Below are positions 1 through 10,956 of a stretch of DNA of 64,000 nt, piece by piece. The notes under the pieces are model-generated. The model did no database searches, was not told the origin of the DNA, and saw nothing but the letters and a program-made list of their open reading frames with translations. Origin of the DNA: Dimorphilus gyrociliatus (taxonomy: Eukaryota > Animalia > Annelida). The stretch spans positions 2,406,002 to 2,470,001 of the forward strand of contig CAJFCJ010000005.1 in NCBI GenBank assembly GCA_904063045.1, in the 5' to 3' direction. The first letter of the stretch is position 1, and every line of letters begins with the position of its first letter. The position numbers and the translations under genes are program-made.

Positions 1-317
1 TATTCTTACCTTTAAATCCATTGATAATTGTTTGTCGATAACAAGATTATATGAAGTTCGACTTTGATAGGGATTAAATTACTCAGTGTTTAACAGTGTC
101 TCTCTCTCTCTCTCTCTTTCTCACTCTCTGACTATCTCTGCCTCCAACTCTTACGTACTCTCTACTATCTAATTGAATTTAGTTAGGTTGTCAATTAAAA
201 ATAGATTTATAAGACCTAATTCGTAAATTAGAGATGTTTTTGTCCTAAATTCCTGCAACTATTAAATGAAAAACAGGTTGTTGTATATATTAATATATAA
301 GTATATATATATATATA

Positions 318-509
318 TGTAGTCGACGAGTACTGTATTGTTTCAAAGCGTCTAGTTTTAAAGTCTATACTGGTAAATAGCAGTAATTATGAGTAATACA
401 CGTACACAAAGAAATGATAACGGGTAAAAGTCAGTTGGTTTTAAAATTATATAAGCGTAACGATAATTTGGCTCGCTGACAAATTTAGGCGATGTACTCA
501 TCGACTACA
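318..509 (-). repeat. 3' LTR (192 bp) with 16-bp imperfect inverted termini
   Basis: TGTAGTCGACGAGTAC at 318 and GTACTCATCGACTACA at 494-509; the body closely matches 2128-2290. Confidence 0.85.
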
Positions 510-683
510 CTGGCCGGGGGAAGAGGAAAAGAGAGAGGCTCTTTTGGTAGGTAGGGGATTATATCTCTAACGTCTCTCTCTATATTACTGTGACCAGTGT
601 AGATCTCGAAGGTGCGGTCTGTGATTTGTTGATTTACCAGACGCTGGAATTTGTACTGTTGTCTCATATACGGTCATTCTTTT

Positions 684-2029
684 TTACTTTTCCTTTAATT
701 GATTATAGTTGATGGCAGATGTCGTTTTCGGGATCATTGCCTCTTTATGATATAACGTCGTGTGATGAGCTTGGCTGCATTTTTTGCAATTGAATTTTGA
801 CGGACATTTTTCACTGGTATGCCCGCCTCGTAGGCAGTTCTGGCATCTGTGGAACCTTTGAACCATCCTCTGTCTTCCTTTCAGATCAAAATTGATGTAA
901 ATCGGGCAATAGGCCAAACATACGTGATTTTCATAACACAGACATCTGTATTCTTTGCTCGAAGCTTGAGTCTTCGCCTTATTTTTCAGTTCGACGTGTG
1001 CCAAGGGTCTATCATCCGGGAAGGGGGGCTCTGCCTCGCGAATGTGCTATTGGGTTTGGCCATGTTGGAAGCCACGAGGCTTGTTTCGTCATCTTGACAT
1101 ACATACGTTCCCTTTTCAATCCCTTCAATGACCTTCGATACATAGTGACCTATCTTTTCTACAAGTGAACCAAAATCGTCCAGATATTCATTAGTTAAGA
1201 TTATAATTTGTAATCGAGCGTCAAAGGGCAGTCTCATTGAGAACTGTTTAAGCTTTTCAAATTGAGGGCGTCCTTCATATTTTGGCAAATCCAACAATGC
1301 AAGAAATATCCTAAATTCAACCCAATCGGCGACATTTTGAGGTTGGAATGGAGCGGTTTTGTCCAAAATTTGTTGTACTATTTTACCTTGGTATAGATTG
1401 ATGTCGCCGTAAACATAATCTTAAGCTTTGACGAAATTTAAGAAGTTTTCTTTACTGTCTCTACTATATGCCATATTGTGATACTCGTTGCACATTGTCT
1501 CCTCTGATGACCATTTATTTAAAATCTGACATTTTTCTAAATCATCTATATTGGCTTCCAACAGTGGGACAATGATGTCGTCGCGGAAAATCAGAAAGTT
1601 GGTACCGTTAAACTTTTCAGTTGGAGTAGGTTCATTGTTTCTTAGTTTCTCGATTCTATGATTGAGTTGTATCAAATGGTTTTCGACTTCCTGGTTACGC
1701 TTCGAAGTATTTCGAATTTTTGAACTTCAACCATCTTGTTCTTCGACCGTTGGGAAATGTTCCGCTTCTGGATCATCACCAGAATTCAACGGATTTTCTT
1801 TGAAAGAGTTGAGCTTAATGGATTTGAGCAGTTGAAAGAGTTGTTCCAACTTTGTTTCCATCGCAACTCTAATTTGAGCTTTCGATTCTTCGAATATTCT
1901 TCTCTGTTCCTCCAATTTCTCATCGAGTGTTGCTAAGTCGACCATGTTGGTCTGTTGGATGGTGGTTTCCAGTTGATTTGGAGAGTTGGCGGATTTAGCG
2001 ACCATTTTATTTTGTCTTTTCCTAGTCAT
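684..2029 (-). pseudogene. Fragmented BEL/Pao gag
   Basis: Four consecutive ORF pieces (1727-2029, 1421-1675, 986-1366, 684-1004): coiled coil, DUF1759-like segment, zinc knuckles. Confidence 0.8.
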
Positions 2030-2065
2030 TTCAGTATTGTTATACCTTTACATACTTATAATTAC

Positions 2066-2290
2066 TATAGTCGTTGAGCGGGTTGAGGACATAAGTTGTC
2101 GCAACGTTATTGACTTATCAGTACAGCGCGTTTAGTTTTAAAGTCTATACTGGTAATATAGCAGTAAGTATAAGTAATACACATACACAAAGAAATGATA
2201 AGGTGTAGAAGTCAGTTGGTTTTACAATTATATAAGCGTAACGATATTTTGGCTCGCTGCCAAATTTAGGCGATGTACTCGTCGACTACA
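2066..2290 (-). repeat. 5' LTR, inner end diverged
   Basis: 2128-2290 closely matches 350-509; the inner end reads TATAGTCGTTGAG instead of TGTAGTCGACGAG. Confidence 0.75.
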
Positions 2291-2586
2291 TATGTATATG
2301 GGCGAATAGATTGGTATCGTCCTCTAACCGTTGATTTGTTATTTTGTAATTTCACTGGATCGCATTTAAAGGGTAGAGGGAAAGTCTAATAATCAATAGA
2401 AGGTTGAGTGTAACTTACGAGTATGTCACATGTTACATTAGTATAGGACCGCGATGGTCTGTGCATTAACCACTAAGCAGATCGAGATTGGTTGATGGTA
2501 ATGCCTTCTCAGTATAGTTCCGGTTGATATAGATAGCTGGTTGATCTTTTATCTCTGGTAAGAAATCAACTACATAGGCCAATATA

Positions 2587-3147
2587 TCATAGTGATGGTC
2601 TTGGTGAGGAAAGATGATTTCCACTCTTTACGATATATAATTGGTTGAAACACGTTATTTGGGTACGATAAGTTGGTTTGACACTGTTTATTAGGATCTG
2701 GTTTGTAGGAGGAATTGCCGGCTTTATAAGCGATATTGATGCTCCAATATGGATCAATGCAACGATCTTATGAGTTGAGGATGTGCCTGTGGCCAGGACT
2801 TGTACTTTGGTCTCACAGATGGGCATTCTGTAATTATAATGATCGGAGTGATTGATATTAACAGGAAAGGTTGTTTTAGGAGACGTTGGGTTCTTGTGAT
2901 GGAAAGATGTAAAGTTGATTGCATTTATGGCCACGGGACTAAGAAGGACAGTTGTCATTAGTATGACCACTTCGTAAGAAATTGATGCATCTGTGAAGAA
3001 GCTGAACGAATCTTCTGTATTTGTATTTGTTGGTAAATTGGAGTGTTTAATTCTGCTTTCATTTCGTGGTTCTGGGTAGTCATTCATTCTTCCATATATG
3101 TATATATATATATACAGTGTACACACTATATATTTGTAACTTTTCAA
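2587..3147 (-). pseudogene. Degenerate retroelement aspartic-protease-like relic
   Basis: KVQVLATGTSSTHKIVALIHIGASISLI resembles the retropepsin motif ALLDTGASxSxI with the catalytic D(T/S) replaced by HI; adjacent to the LTR element. Confidence 0.4.
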
Positions 3148-3356
3148 CTCTCTTACTGTGGAATATAATTGTTTTTTTATCTAACAACAAAAGATATGAG
3201 ACGAATTAAGATTTATATCTTTAAAACTATTTACTTAAAATAGACACATAAAGCTGTTCAAAAAAACATAAAAATATATACAGTATAATACCGTTTGTTA
3301 TGTTCAAATTGAACATTCCTAAAAGATTATCAATTATCATTGTAAAGAGAAAAGCA

Positions 3357-4586
3357 TTATATTATTGGATAATATTGAATTGTAACTTTTATCGTATCAC
3401 CACGATTTGATAAACAGAATATTAATTCTTCATTTGTTATTTTATATTCTCTAAGTGTTTTTCCATTGAATATTTTATCTTCTTCTATTGCATCTGCCAA
3501 TTTCGACTCGGAATTTATCAAATAAATGAATCCATCGTCGGTGAAAATCTTTATACCTTTGTTAATCTTTTGTATTATATCTTCGTAGAGAGAAAATTTA
3601 CTCTTCTTTACGTATTTTATATCAAAATCGTAATGAAGCTGTTCGTTGAAATCAAAATATCTTGCTTTAAAAGCTGATGCCATGCACCAACCGTCCATAA
3701 AGACTTTGTGAGAGTGCATTGTTCCTTGAGTTTCAATAGATGTTAGCATAGATGACGATATCTCAAAACGGTATATTACAGATGAACTATGACTGCTAAT
3801 AAAAACATAGCCTTTAAAAACTGCAAACATTACTGTTGATGGTATCAGTTCTAATATGGGTAAGCATATTTCATTTGATTCGTTATTTTCCAAATTGTGA
3901 ATATAGCAGTAGAATCTATCGTTTAAATGTTTAAGATAAGCTAAATTACCATCAGAAGTTGTAGATATATCTAGAATATCTCTATTCTCTGAAACCAACG
4001 AAATTTGTGTCTCTAAATTGATAATTTCATTACAGCGATTAAGTGCAATAAAACCTTTATTAGTAAGGATAACCTTACTAGGTTGCTCTTTCAATCTTAT
4101 TGAATGTTCTTTAATAGGTTTCTCGTAAGCGGTTTCAATGATATCTCCAATATTTTTATCAATAGTTAGTAGAGATTTTTCAAAAATTGTATACTTTTTA
4201 AAGAATAATTTCGTCGAATAGAGGAATTCTTTAGTTAAATTTAATAAATTCCTTTGAATTATAGCGTTTGTTGAACTTATTTGTAATTCGTGCAAAAGTT
4301 TTGTATCAGATATTGCTTGTTGTAGAGTTGCTTTCTTCTCGGCATAGAATTCATTAATCTCATTTGTAATAGACATTTTCTGTTTAAGAATAAAAGTAAT
4401 TAGGTTCATTATGAATTGATCCATTTTTTTCTTATCAATTTCTCGATTTTTATCAATTTCATTTAATTCATGTTCAACTGTTGAACGCAGTGATTGCAAT
4501 GAAACAACCAAAGAATCTTCTTTCTCATCTGAAGATGGTAAGCTGTTGCATTCATTTTCTAAATTTTCTGTCATATGTTTATCCAT
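3357..4586 (-). CDS. RING-less coiled-coil + beta-propeller-like protein (TRIM-NHL-like family member 1)
   Basis: 409-aa ORF: acidic N-terminus, coiled coil, NHL-like blade DISTTSDGNLAYL, family C-terminal module (SLYEDIIQKINKG...DKIFNGKTLREYKITNEELIFCL). Confidence 0.75.
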   Translation of the reverse strand: MDKHMTENLENECNSLPSSDEKEDSLVVSLQSLRSTVEHELNEIDKNREIDKKKMDQFIMNLITFILKQKMSITNEINEFYAEKKATLQQAISDTKLLHELQISSTNAIIQRNLLNLTKEFLYSTKLFFKKYTIFEKSLLTIDKNIGDIIETAYEKPIKEHSIRLKEQPSKVILTNKGFIALNRCNEIINLETQISLVSENRDILDISTTSDGNLAYLKHLNDRFYCYIHNLENNESNEICLPILELIPSTVMFAVFKGYVFISSHSSSVIYRFEISSSMLTSIETQGTMHSHKVFMDGWCMASAFKARYFDFNEQLHYDFDIKYVKKSKFSLYEDIIQKINKGIKIFTDDGFIYLINSESKLADAIEEDKIFNGKTLREYKITNEELIFCLSNRGDTIKVTIQYYPII

Positions 4587-4804
4587 TATAGATAGCCTAT
4601 TATAATAAAAATATATATCACATGGAATGTCCCTCTTATATCCCGAATATCGCTACGAAATAACAACACAAAAGATTGGTTTTTTATTTTTTTAATTAGG
4701 GCACAAATTGTATTCCACAATAATTAAGTTCAGTGTCCAATAAATATTATTTACATTAGGTTCTTAGCCTTTAAAAATGACTTCATGATTAAAATATATT
4801 AATT

Positions 4805-6067
4805 TTATATATGGGAATTAGGATAGTAGTGAATGCAAATATGTTTGGGATCGTTTAAATGGATTAAACACAATTTTACCTCAATATCTGTTATATTACA
4901 TTCTTTCAAAGTGAATCCCTTAATTAACTTATCTTGTTCAATTAAGGTTGCTGTCCATGTTTGTTCATCAATTATGAAAATGTTATGATTAGTGCAAAAT
5001 ATTTCCCTACCTTCGTTGAGTTTATGTATAATGGAATCGTATAACGAATAGTTATGCGATTCGTTTTCTCTTATATTGAATTGATGGTAAAAGCCATCAA
5101 TAGAGTTAAAGATAGCAATTTGAGACGAACCTCCAACGCATAAACCATTGGTAAACGACTTGTTATCGAATATCTCTGATTTATTTTCTAAATCAATCAT
5201 TCTCGATGAAGTTATATCGTAAAAGTAAACTTTCTCTCCTTTCTGACTTCCTATTATAATGCTATGTTTAAAAACTGCGAACATGACTGTTGAAGAGTCA
5301 ATATTGCATTTTGGTAAAATCGTATCACTAGATTCATGAATGTCAAGATTCACTATTGTGCATATAAATCTATCTTTATCGAAATGAAGATACGCTAAAT
5401 TGTTATCATAAGTTCTACAAATATCCAATATCTTCTTTGCTGTTGAAATTAAACGTTTTCCACTTTCCAATTCAATAATTCTATAATCAGTTTCCAAAAC
5501 TATAAATCCTTTCCTTGATGTGATAATCTTTTTTGGTGAATTATCAAATTTAATTGACAACTCCTTAATTGGAATCTCGTAAAGTGGTTTAATCAACTTT
5601 CCAATTTCTCCACTTAAACATTGATCTTTTCGATCGAAATGAATAGTTTTTTCCAATAGATTATTAGTAGAATAGATAAAATCTTTCGTAAGCTTTTGTA
5701 AAGATTTTGGATTAATGAAATTTGTTGAATTTTGTTGTAATTTCTCCAAACGATTAATATCTTCTAATGCTTTAGCAAGATTAACTTTCTTATCTGTATA
5801 AAAGTTATCAATTTGCTCCATAATAGATTCTCGTTTCTTTTTAATACTAGTAATTAATTCAGTGATTGAATTATTGACAATTTTCTGTTGTTCTTCTCTT
5901 TGATAATCAACTTTATCAATTTCCTGTTCAATTGTTGCGTCAAAACTTTGTACTTCCGCTTTCAAAATATTAATTTCATTTTTAAGGAGAAGTTTTTGAT
6001 TTTTAGGTGAAATATTAGAGTAAGAATCTTGATTTTCTTCCAACGTATTTTCATTCAATTTATTCAT
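4805..6067 (-). CDS. RING-less coiled-coil + beta-propeller-like protein (member 2)
   Basis: 420-aa ORF; DICRTYDNNLAYL; SLYDSIIHKLNEG...EQDKLIKGFTLKECNIT. A possible acceptor (tttgcag) near 6111 means an upstream exon cannot be excluded. Confidence 0.75.
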   Translation of the reverse strand: MNKLNENTLEENQDSYSNISPKNQKLLLKNEINILKAEVQSFDATIEQEIDKVDYQREEQQKIVNNSITELITSIKKKRESIMEQIDNFYTDKKVNLAKALEDINRLEKLQQNSTNFINPKSLQKLTKDFIYSTNNLLEKTIHFDRKDQCLSGEIGKLIKPLYEIPIKELSIKFDNSPKKIITSRKGFIVLETDYRIIELESGKRLISTAKKILDICRTYDNNLAYLHFDKDRFICTIVNLDIHESSDTILPKCNIDSSTVMFAVFKHSIIIGSQKGEKVYFYDITSSRMIDLENKSEIFDNKSFTNGLCVGGSSQIAIFNSIDGFYHQFNIRENESHNYSLYDSIIHKLNEGREIFCTNHNIFIIDEQTWTATLIEQDKLIKGFTLKECNITDIEVKLCLIHLNDPKHICIHYYPNSHI

Positions 6068-6440
6068 TTTCTTCTTGAAATAAAACTCAAAATTCCAACT
6101 TGAACAAAATCTGCAAAATATGAATTAAAAGATTATTCAGTTAACAATAGTTTAATAAATCTAAGACAATTTCTATATCAATACTTAAATTGAGGCTAAA
6201 ATCGAATGTGATTCTTTTAAATTAATTAAATTTTCTCCAGTGTCCATAATACTATTCAAGAATATTATCTTATTTTTTGTTTGTAAGCTATTATATAGCA
6301 GTATTAAATGTATTTGAATTACAAATTGTCAATTAATATGATAATAAGTTTTATTGAAAAAAAAATATATCAAAGGAAAGTATTTGAACATTAATAAATA
6401 ACATAATGAGAATAGGCTTTCTATAATTACGTTCCCTATT

Positions 6441-7724
6441 TCACATTGTTAGATTTGGATAGAATTCTAAAGTGATCATTTTCGAATCGTTCCTATCCGA
6501 TAAACAAAATACAATCTCATTTTCCGTTATTCGATAATCTAATAAATTTTTCCCTTTAAATATTCTATCTTGTTCAATCGAATTTGCAGTTTCATTTCTT
6601 TGATTAATAATTACTAATTCATTACTTTTCGATAGTAATTTTTGATTTTCAATCAACTTATTTATAATATCTCCGTAGAGTGAAAGATCATCTTTCGGAT
6701 ATGATTTTATATTGATGATTAAACGTTGCGTTCTATCAACATTGAAATATTCAACCTTAGTTTCATTGGCAGTGAATATACCGTCGAAGAATGTTTTATG
6801 ATAGTAATTATCCTTTTCTATATCTATTTCATTCTTAAAGTTGGTCTCGTTCAGATACGGTTTTTCAAAATAGTAAGCAGTTTTACTACGTAAGCTCCTT
6901 AACATAATACAATCTTTGAATACTCCGTATACAATAGATTGTGCATCAATTTCTCGTTTATTAATAAAGTATTCGCATTGTCCGTAATTATCATACTCTA
7001 ATAGCTTTACGTAGAAAATACCATCGTTTATTGCAAGATACGATAGGCGACCCTCGTATGTTGCACACATATCCAATATCTTCCTATCCTCATTTACAAC
7101 GATAGCTTTATTCTGTAGATCGTATATTATAAAATCATTTTGTAATATAAAAAATGAATCTTTAGTAGAGATTATCTTTCTGGGTTTTGCTCTAAGCTCT
7201 GCAAAATACCTTCTAACAGGTTTCTCATAAATAGGTCTTACTAAATGTCCTATATCTTTCTCAACAAAAAGGTTAGAACCTTCGAAGACTGTCTCCCTTC
7301 GGAGGAGGTTCTCGGTTGAGTATAAAAATTCGCTAATCATTTTAGTGAGATTACGTTGAATAATTTCGTTGGATGAAGTTTCGTATAATGAATTTAATTG
7401 TTTAGCTTCTGAAAGAGCTTTTTCAAGTTGTGCCTTTTTATCTGTATAGAATAGATCTATTCTACTATCGATATCTATCTTTTTACTATGAATTGAGTCG
7501 ATTAAACTGTTAACGTCTGTGATAAATTCGTTACGCTTCTTCTCTTTTTCCGTATCTACTTTCTCAATCTCTTCTCTTATTCTGTTCAGTAATAACTGCA
7601 ATTTATTTTCGGGTATATCGTGCTCATCCGATGATGATATATATGCCTCTGATGTATAATTTTCAGCTGACATAATCGACCCACTATCGTCGCTATCTAC
7701 GGGTATTGTATCCAAAGTGTCCAT
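6441..7724 (-). CDS. RING-less coiled-coil + beta-propeller-like protein (member 3)
   Basis: 427-aa ORF; acidic N-terminus; DMCATYEGRLSYL; SLYGDIINKLIEN...EQDRIFKGKNLLDYRITENEIVFCL. Confidence 0.75.
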   Translation of the reverse strand: MDTLDTIPVDSDDSGSIMSAENYTSEAYISSSDEHDIPENKLQLLLNRIREEIEKVDTEKEKKRNEFITDVNSLIDSIHSKKIDIDSRIDLFYTDKKAQLEKALSEAKQLNSLYETSSNEIIQRNLTKMISEFLYSTENLLRRETVFEGSNLFVEKDIGHLVRPIYEKPVRRYFAELRAKPRKIISTKDSFFILQNDFIIYDLQNKAIVVNEDRKILDMCATYEGRLSYLAINDGIFYVKLLEYDNYGQCEYFINKREIDAQSIVYGVFKDCIMLRSLRSKTAYYFEKPYLNETNFKNEIDIEKDNYYHKTFFDGIFTANETKVEYFNVDRTQRLIINIKSYPKDDLSLYGDIINKLIENQKLLSKSNELVIINQRNETANSIEQDRIFKGKNLLDYRITENEIVFCLSDRNDSKMITLEFYPNLTM

Positions 7725-8210
7725 CCTTTTTCTAAATAAGCCAGACCAGTAACGATGATTATTTCTACTTCGGTAAGGTTGTAACTTGGATGGAATACGT
7801 TTGAATAGTATTCAGTTGAAAGTACTCAAACATATTCTGAACGTCTTTAATACTCTTTTAAAATCAAACCAATAGTGATAATTTCTTTAATATATTGTTA
7901 ACCTAGTGACCTATTTTGATTTATAATAATTTTTATTATATTTGTTTCAAAGAGACATTTTCTTTAGTTACTTTTCAAAGTAAAATTTTTATTTTTATTC
8001 AAAGTTTCCCTACATACAAAAATAATCGATGGCATACATTTTATTCAGGTTCTGTTGAGCCCCATCCTGTTTAATGGACTCTGTCCAATGGATGTCTCAT
8101 ACACGGTATCCAATCCTCTTGTTTCTGTTGGTTCGATACAGCTATCTGCCGTTTTAGGATTTGGTATGCAAGCCTTCGCTTACGATGAGGGAGTCACAAA
8201 TGTTTTGCAA

Positions 8211-8658
8211 TTAAAACTGAAGCATTTGACCCTTTGACTTCTTTTCTCCTCCAAGTTCGAAATGTTTGCATCTTTTAATTGCCAATTGTTTCTTTCTATG
8301 ACAAACTGTACACTCCATTTTCAAGACAATCTTTTTAGTCGTTTTTGCCTTTTTAAAAGTATGTTTGAATAGAATTAGAAAGAGGGGAAGAGAGCGAAAG
8401 AAGAAAGTACTATTACCTTTTTATGGAAGATTGGTCTAGTTTGTCCTCCATAACCTTCTTGTTTTATGTGATATCTTCTATCACCTTATTTTTTCAAAAG
8501 AGAAGCATTTTAAAATTCTAATAACAGCAATAAAATACTATACCTAAAGCTAAACCATTAGCTTTTCCCTTCTTATACTGAGTCACTTTATGCAGAGTAT
8601 GCTTTCGGCATTTACGACCTTTGCAAAAGGTGTTTCTTGATTTTGGAATATTCACCAT
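8211..8658 (-). CDS. RPL36A: 60S ribosomal protein eL42 (L36a/L44), 3 exons, divergent
   Basis: Exons 8658-8544, 8484-8417 and 8348-8211 with GT-AG introns give 106 aa: [32 protein letters not shown]...[26 protein letters not shown]...[21 protein letters not shown]. Confidence 0.95.
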
Positions 8659-9060
8659 GGCTTCAAAGAACAGAGTGAAAGAATTAGTTAATTCTATAAC
8701 ATATAATACTAACTTGTACATAACTTATGGACTTGTTGTGCAATATCTGCTTGGATGAGTCATACAAAATGAAAAGTATCCATTAAACAATGACTGAGAG
8801 TGTTATCTTTGTTTTTCACTATATTTAGAAAAATAGTTTTTGACGATGATTTTAAATAATTATCATATATGAATATGTAAAAATGTGATATTATGACGTC
8901 TTAATAGACTAATTCTTCTACGAGCATTGGTGGTGTAGCGGTAGCATTGGTGCCTTCCAAGCACTAGACCCGGGTTCAACTCCCGGCCAATGCATTGTGA
9001 ATTTTTTTGTCTTTTTTCTAAATCAATAAAAGATTGCAGTAGCTTTTATTTGGTTGTCTT
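8544..9060. repeat. Segmental duplicate unit A (RPL36A exon 1 + upstream region + tRNA-Gly + trailer)
   Basis: Colinear similarity to about 12504-12995: TTCACCATGGCTTCAA.GAACAGAGTGA, CTTATGGACTTGT, GAGTCATACAA, TTAATAGAC, the tRNA, and AAGATTGCAGTAGC. Confidence 0.8.
8924..8994 (+). tRNA. trnG: tRNA-Gly(TCC) copy 1
   Basis: GCATTGG...CCAATGCA cloverleaf, anticodon loop CTTCCAA, T-run terminator downstream. Confidence 0.95.
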
Positions 9061-9099
9061 TAATACAAGATTTAATAATTAAAAATATTATAGTAAAAT

Positions 9100-10314
9100 C
9101 TAAACAGCAAAAGATTTAAGACGAATTAAACATTCATCTTTGCAGTCGACAAGGCAAAATGTTACTTCATTACCATTCGTCGAACAATCAAATAATTTAC
9201 CATCGGTGAATACTTTATCCATTTCAATAAGAATTCCTTCGTATTTTGTATTATCCAAAAGAATTAGATTATTATTATAAACAATTGAATAAAATCCATC
9301 TTTTATCCTATTCAATATACTTGTAAAGATAGAATCATTTATCTTATCATCTCCACTGAATATTTCTATATTATAAAGTTGCCTTTTTTCCGTTAAAGTA
9401 TCAAAAGAATAAAAAGAATCGCCAACTTTTAAAAATATCTTATCATCTTTAAATTTCAATAGAAGAATTGAATCGTTAAAAGAAATTCTTTTTACTTGAT
9501 CATCTCCATTCTTGAAATTAATATACATTGAATTTTTATCAAAGATATAGATAAAATTTCCATCTATTGCGTAATTTATGAATGTATCTATTCCAATGTT
9601 GATGTTACTAGAATACTTTAATTTAAAATCGTCGTCTAATACTGTTACAATAAATTGTTTTTCATTATTAATCGTTATGAAAGATAGTTGTTGATGAGAG
9701 GATATCGCTATATCGTAGATAGTGTTGTTTGCCTTTAATAAAGATCTATTAGTTTGTATTTCAATTATTTCATGATCATTTCGAATTGTGAAATATCCTA
9801 AAGAATTTGAAACAATTCTCTGTGATTTCTCTCTTAATTCAAATGATCGTTCTTTCATTAATCGTTTTTCATTTCCAATTATTAATAGTTCGCCTATTGA
9901 TAGATTATCAAGATAACTAGGTCTTTCAATATTTACTTTCACTTTCATTAGTTCATTACAAGAGTTGTTTAAATTCTTTAAAAGTTTATCTAGGTCGTTT
10001 TGTAATAATTCATTTGTCGTTATACGTCTAATTTCAATTAATCTTTGAATATCATCTAATAACTGTTCCATTTTTAAACTTTTCCGTTTGTAAAACTCTC
10101 TTAATTCATCTTGAAGTATAAATTTCTTTCTATGTATTAATGTTAATAGCATTAAACTTTCACGATTAATTTGATTTAGTTCTGTATTCGTCTCTTCGTC
10201 AATATTATCTATTTCTAGAAGAATCTTATTCGAAAGTGATTCAAATGTATCATCGATATCATCTTGGTTACTTTCGTCATCGTTATCTTCTTTATTCATT
10301 GAATTTTGATTCAT
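9100..10314 (-). CDS. RING-less coiled-coil + beta-propeller-like protein (member 4)
   Basis: 404-aa ORF; acidic N-terminus; DIAISSHQQLSFI; SIFTSILNRIKDG...EMDKVFTDGKLFDC...VTFCL. Confidence 0.75.
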   Translation of the reverse strand: MNQNSMNKEDNDDESNQDDIDDTFESLSNKILLEIDNIDEETNTELNQINRESLMLLTLIHRKKFILQDELREFYKRKSLKMEQLLDDIQRLIEIRRITTNELLQNDLDKLLKNLNNSCNELMKVKVNIERPSYLDNLSIGELLIIGNEKRLMKERSFELREKSQRIVSNSLGYFTIRNDHEIIEIQTNRSLLKANNTIYDIAISSHQQLSFITINNEKQFIVTVLDDDFKLKYSSNINIGIDTFINYAIDGNFIYIFDKNSMYINFKNGDDQVKRISFNDSILLLKFKDDKIFLKVGDSFYSFDTLTEKRQLYNIEIFSGDDKINDSIFTSILNRIKDGFYSIVYNNNLILLDNTKYEGILIEMDKVFTDGKLFDCSTNGNEVTFCLVDCKDECLIRLKSFAV

Positions 10315-10956
10315 TTAATGGAAAATAATTCCTTTTTTCTTGTCTATATTGCTATCGATATAAAATTGTATTTGGCCTATTTTTGTCTTAAGTTCAATTA
10401 TGATTATCTATATTTATAATATTGGATTATCGAATAGCATATAATATCTTCTACGTTATCAAGTATATACAATATACATGAAAATATTACTTAAACTAAG
10501 TTTTAATGTTATAAATCAATGGATGACGCAGTCTTCGGTTCACCAAAGCTCTTACTGCTACTATCAATTCTGCTCGAGAGATCACTGCAGATAAAGTATT
10601 TACCCTTCTGTTTAGGATCCTCATAGAGGAATCCAGAATCAGATTCATCCGAAGTATCAACGCGGATGCTCATGAACATGGACTTAGTGTTCGCTAATAT
10701 GAAGTAATTACCCTACTGTCGGAAGTCAACATTGAATATTTTGAGAAATGTCATATTTCAAAACCGCCGGACTGTCGCAAACTCTACGACGCGAATAATG
10801 ATAAGGACGAAAATAGCAGATCTAAGATATCTATGCCCAGATAATCATCTATGTTTGGCATTATTGTATAAATTAATAATAGTAGATAATAAACATAAAG
10901 GTTTAGTCGTATTTTTTAGGGAAATCTACAATATATTAGTACACTGTATATATTGT

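Larger units (their letters stand above)
318..2290 (-). mobile_element. BEL/Pao LTR retrotransposon, internally deleted and non-autonomous
   Basis: Direct repeats 318-509 and about 2066/2128-2290 with TGTAGTCGA...TCGACTACA ends. The interior on the minus strand holds gag fragments (DUF1759-like FNGTNFLIFRDD; Pao-type zinc knuckles CQNCLRGGH..C and CKKCSQAHHTTLYH) and a pol C-terminal-like fragment (RTFEIYTGHSNIERDVRDIIPYLP). No RT, RNase H or integrase core. Confidence 0.85.

Noticed and set aside
849-1936. Antisense ORFs within gag and other genes (849-1097, 1736-1936, 11405-12038, 40066-40419, 62400-63210 and others)
   Set aside because: Shadow ORFs of real coding sequence on the other strand.
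4622-4663. MECPSY... mini-ORF resembling a RING start
   Set aside because: Only 13 codons, on the opposite strand to the adjacent family gene, with no second Cys; likely chance.
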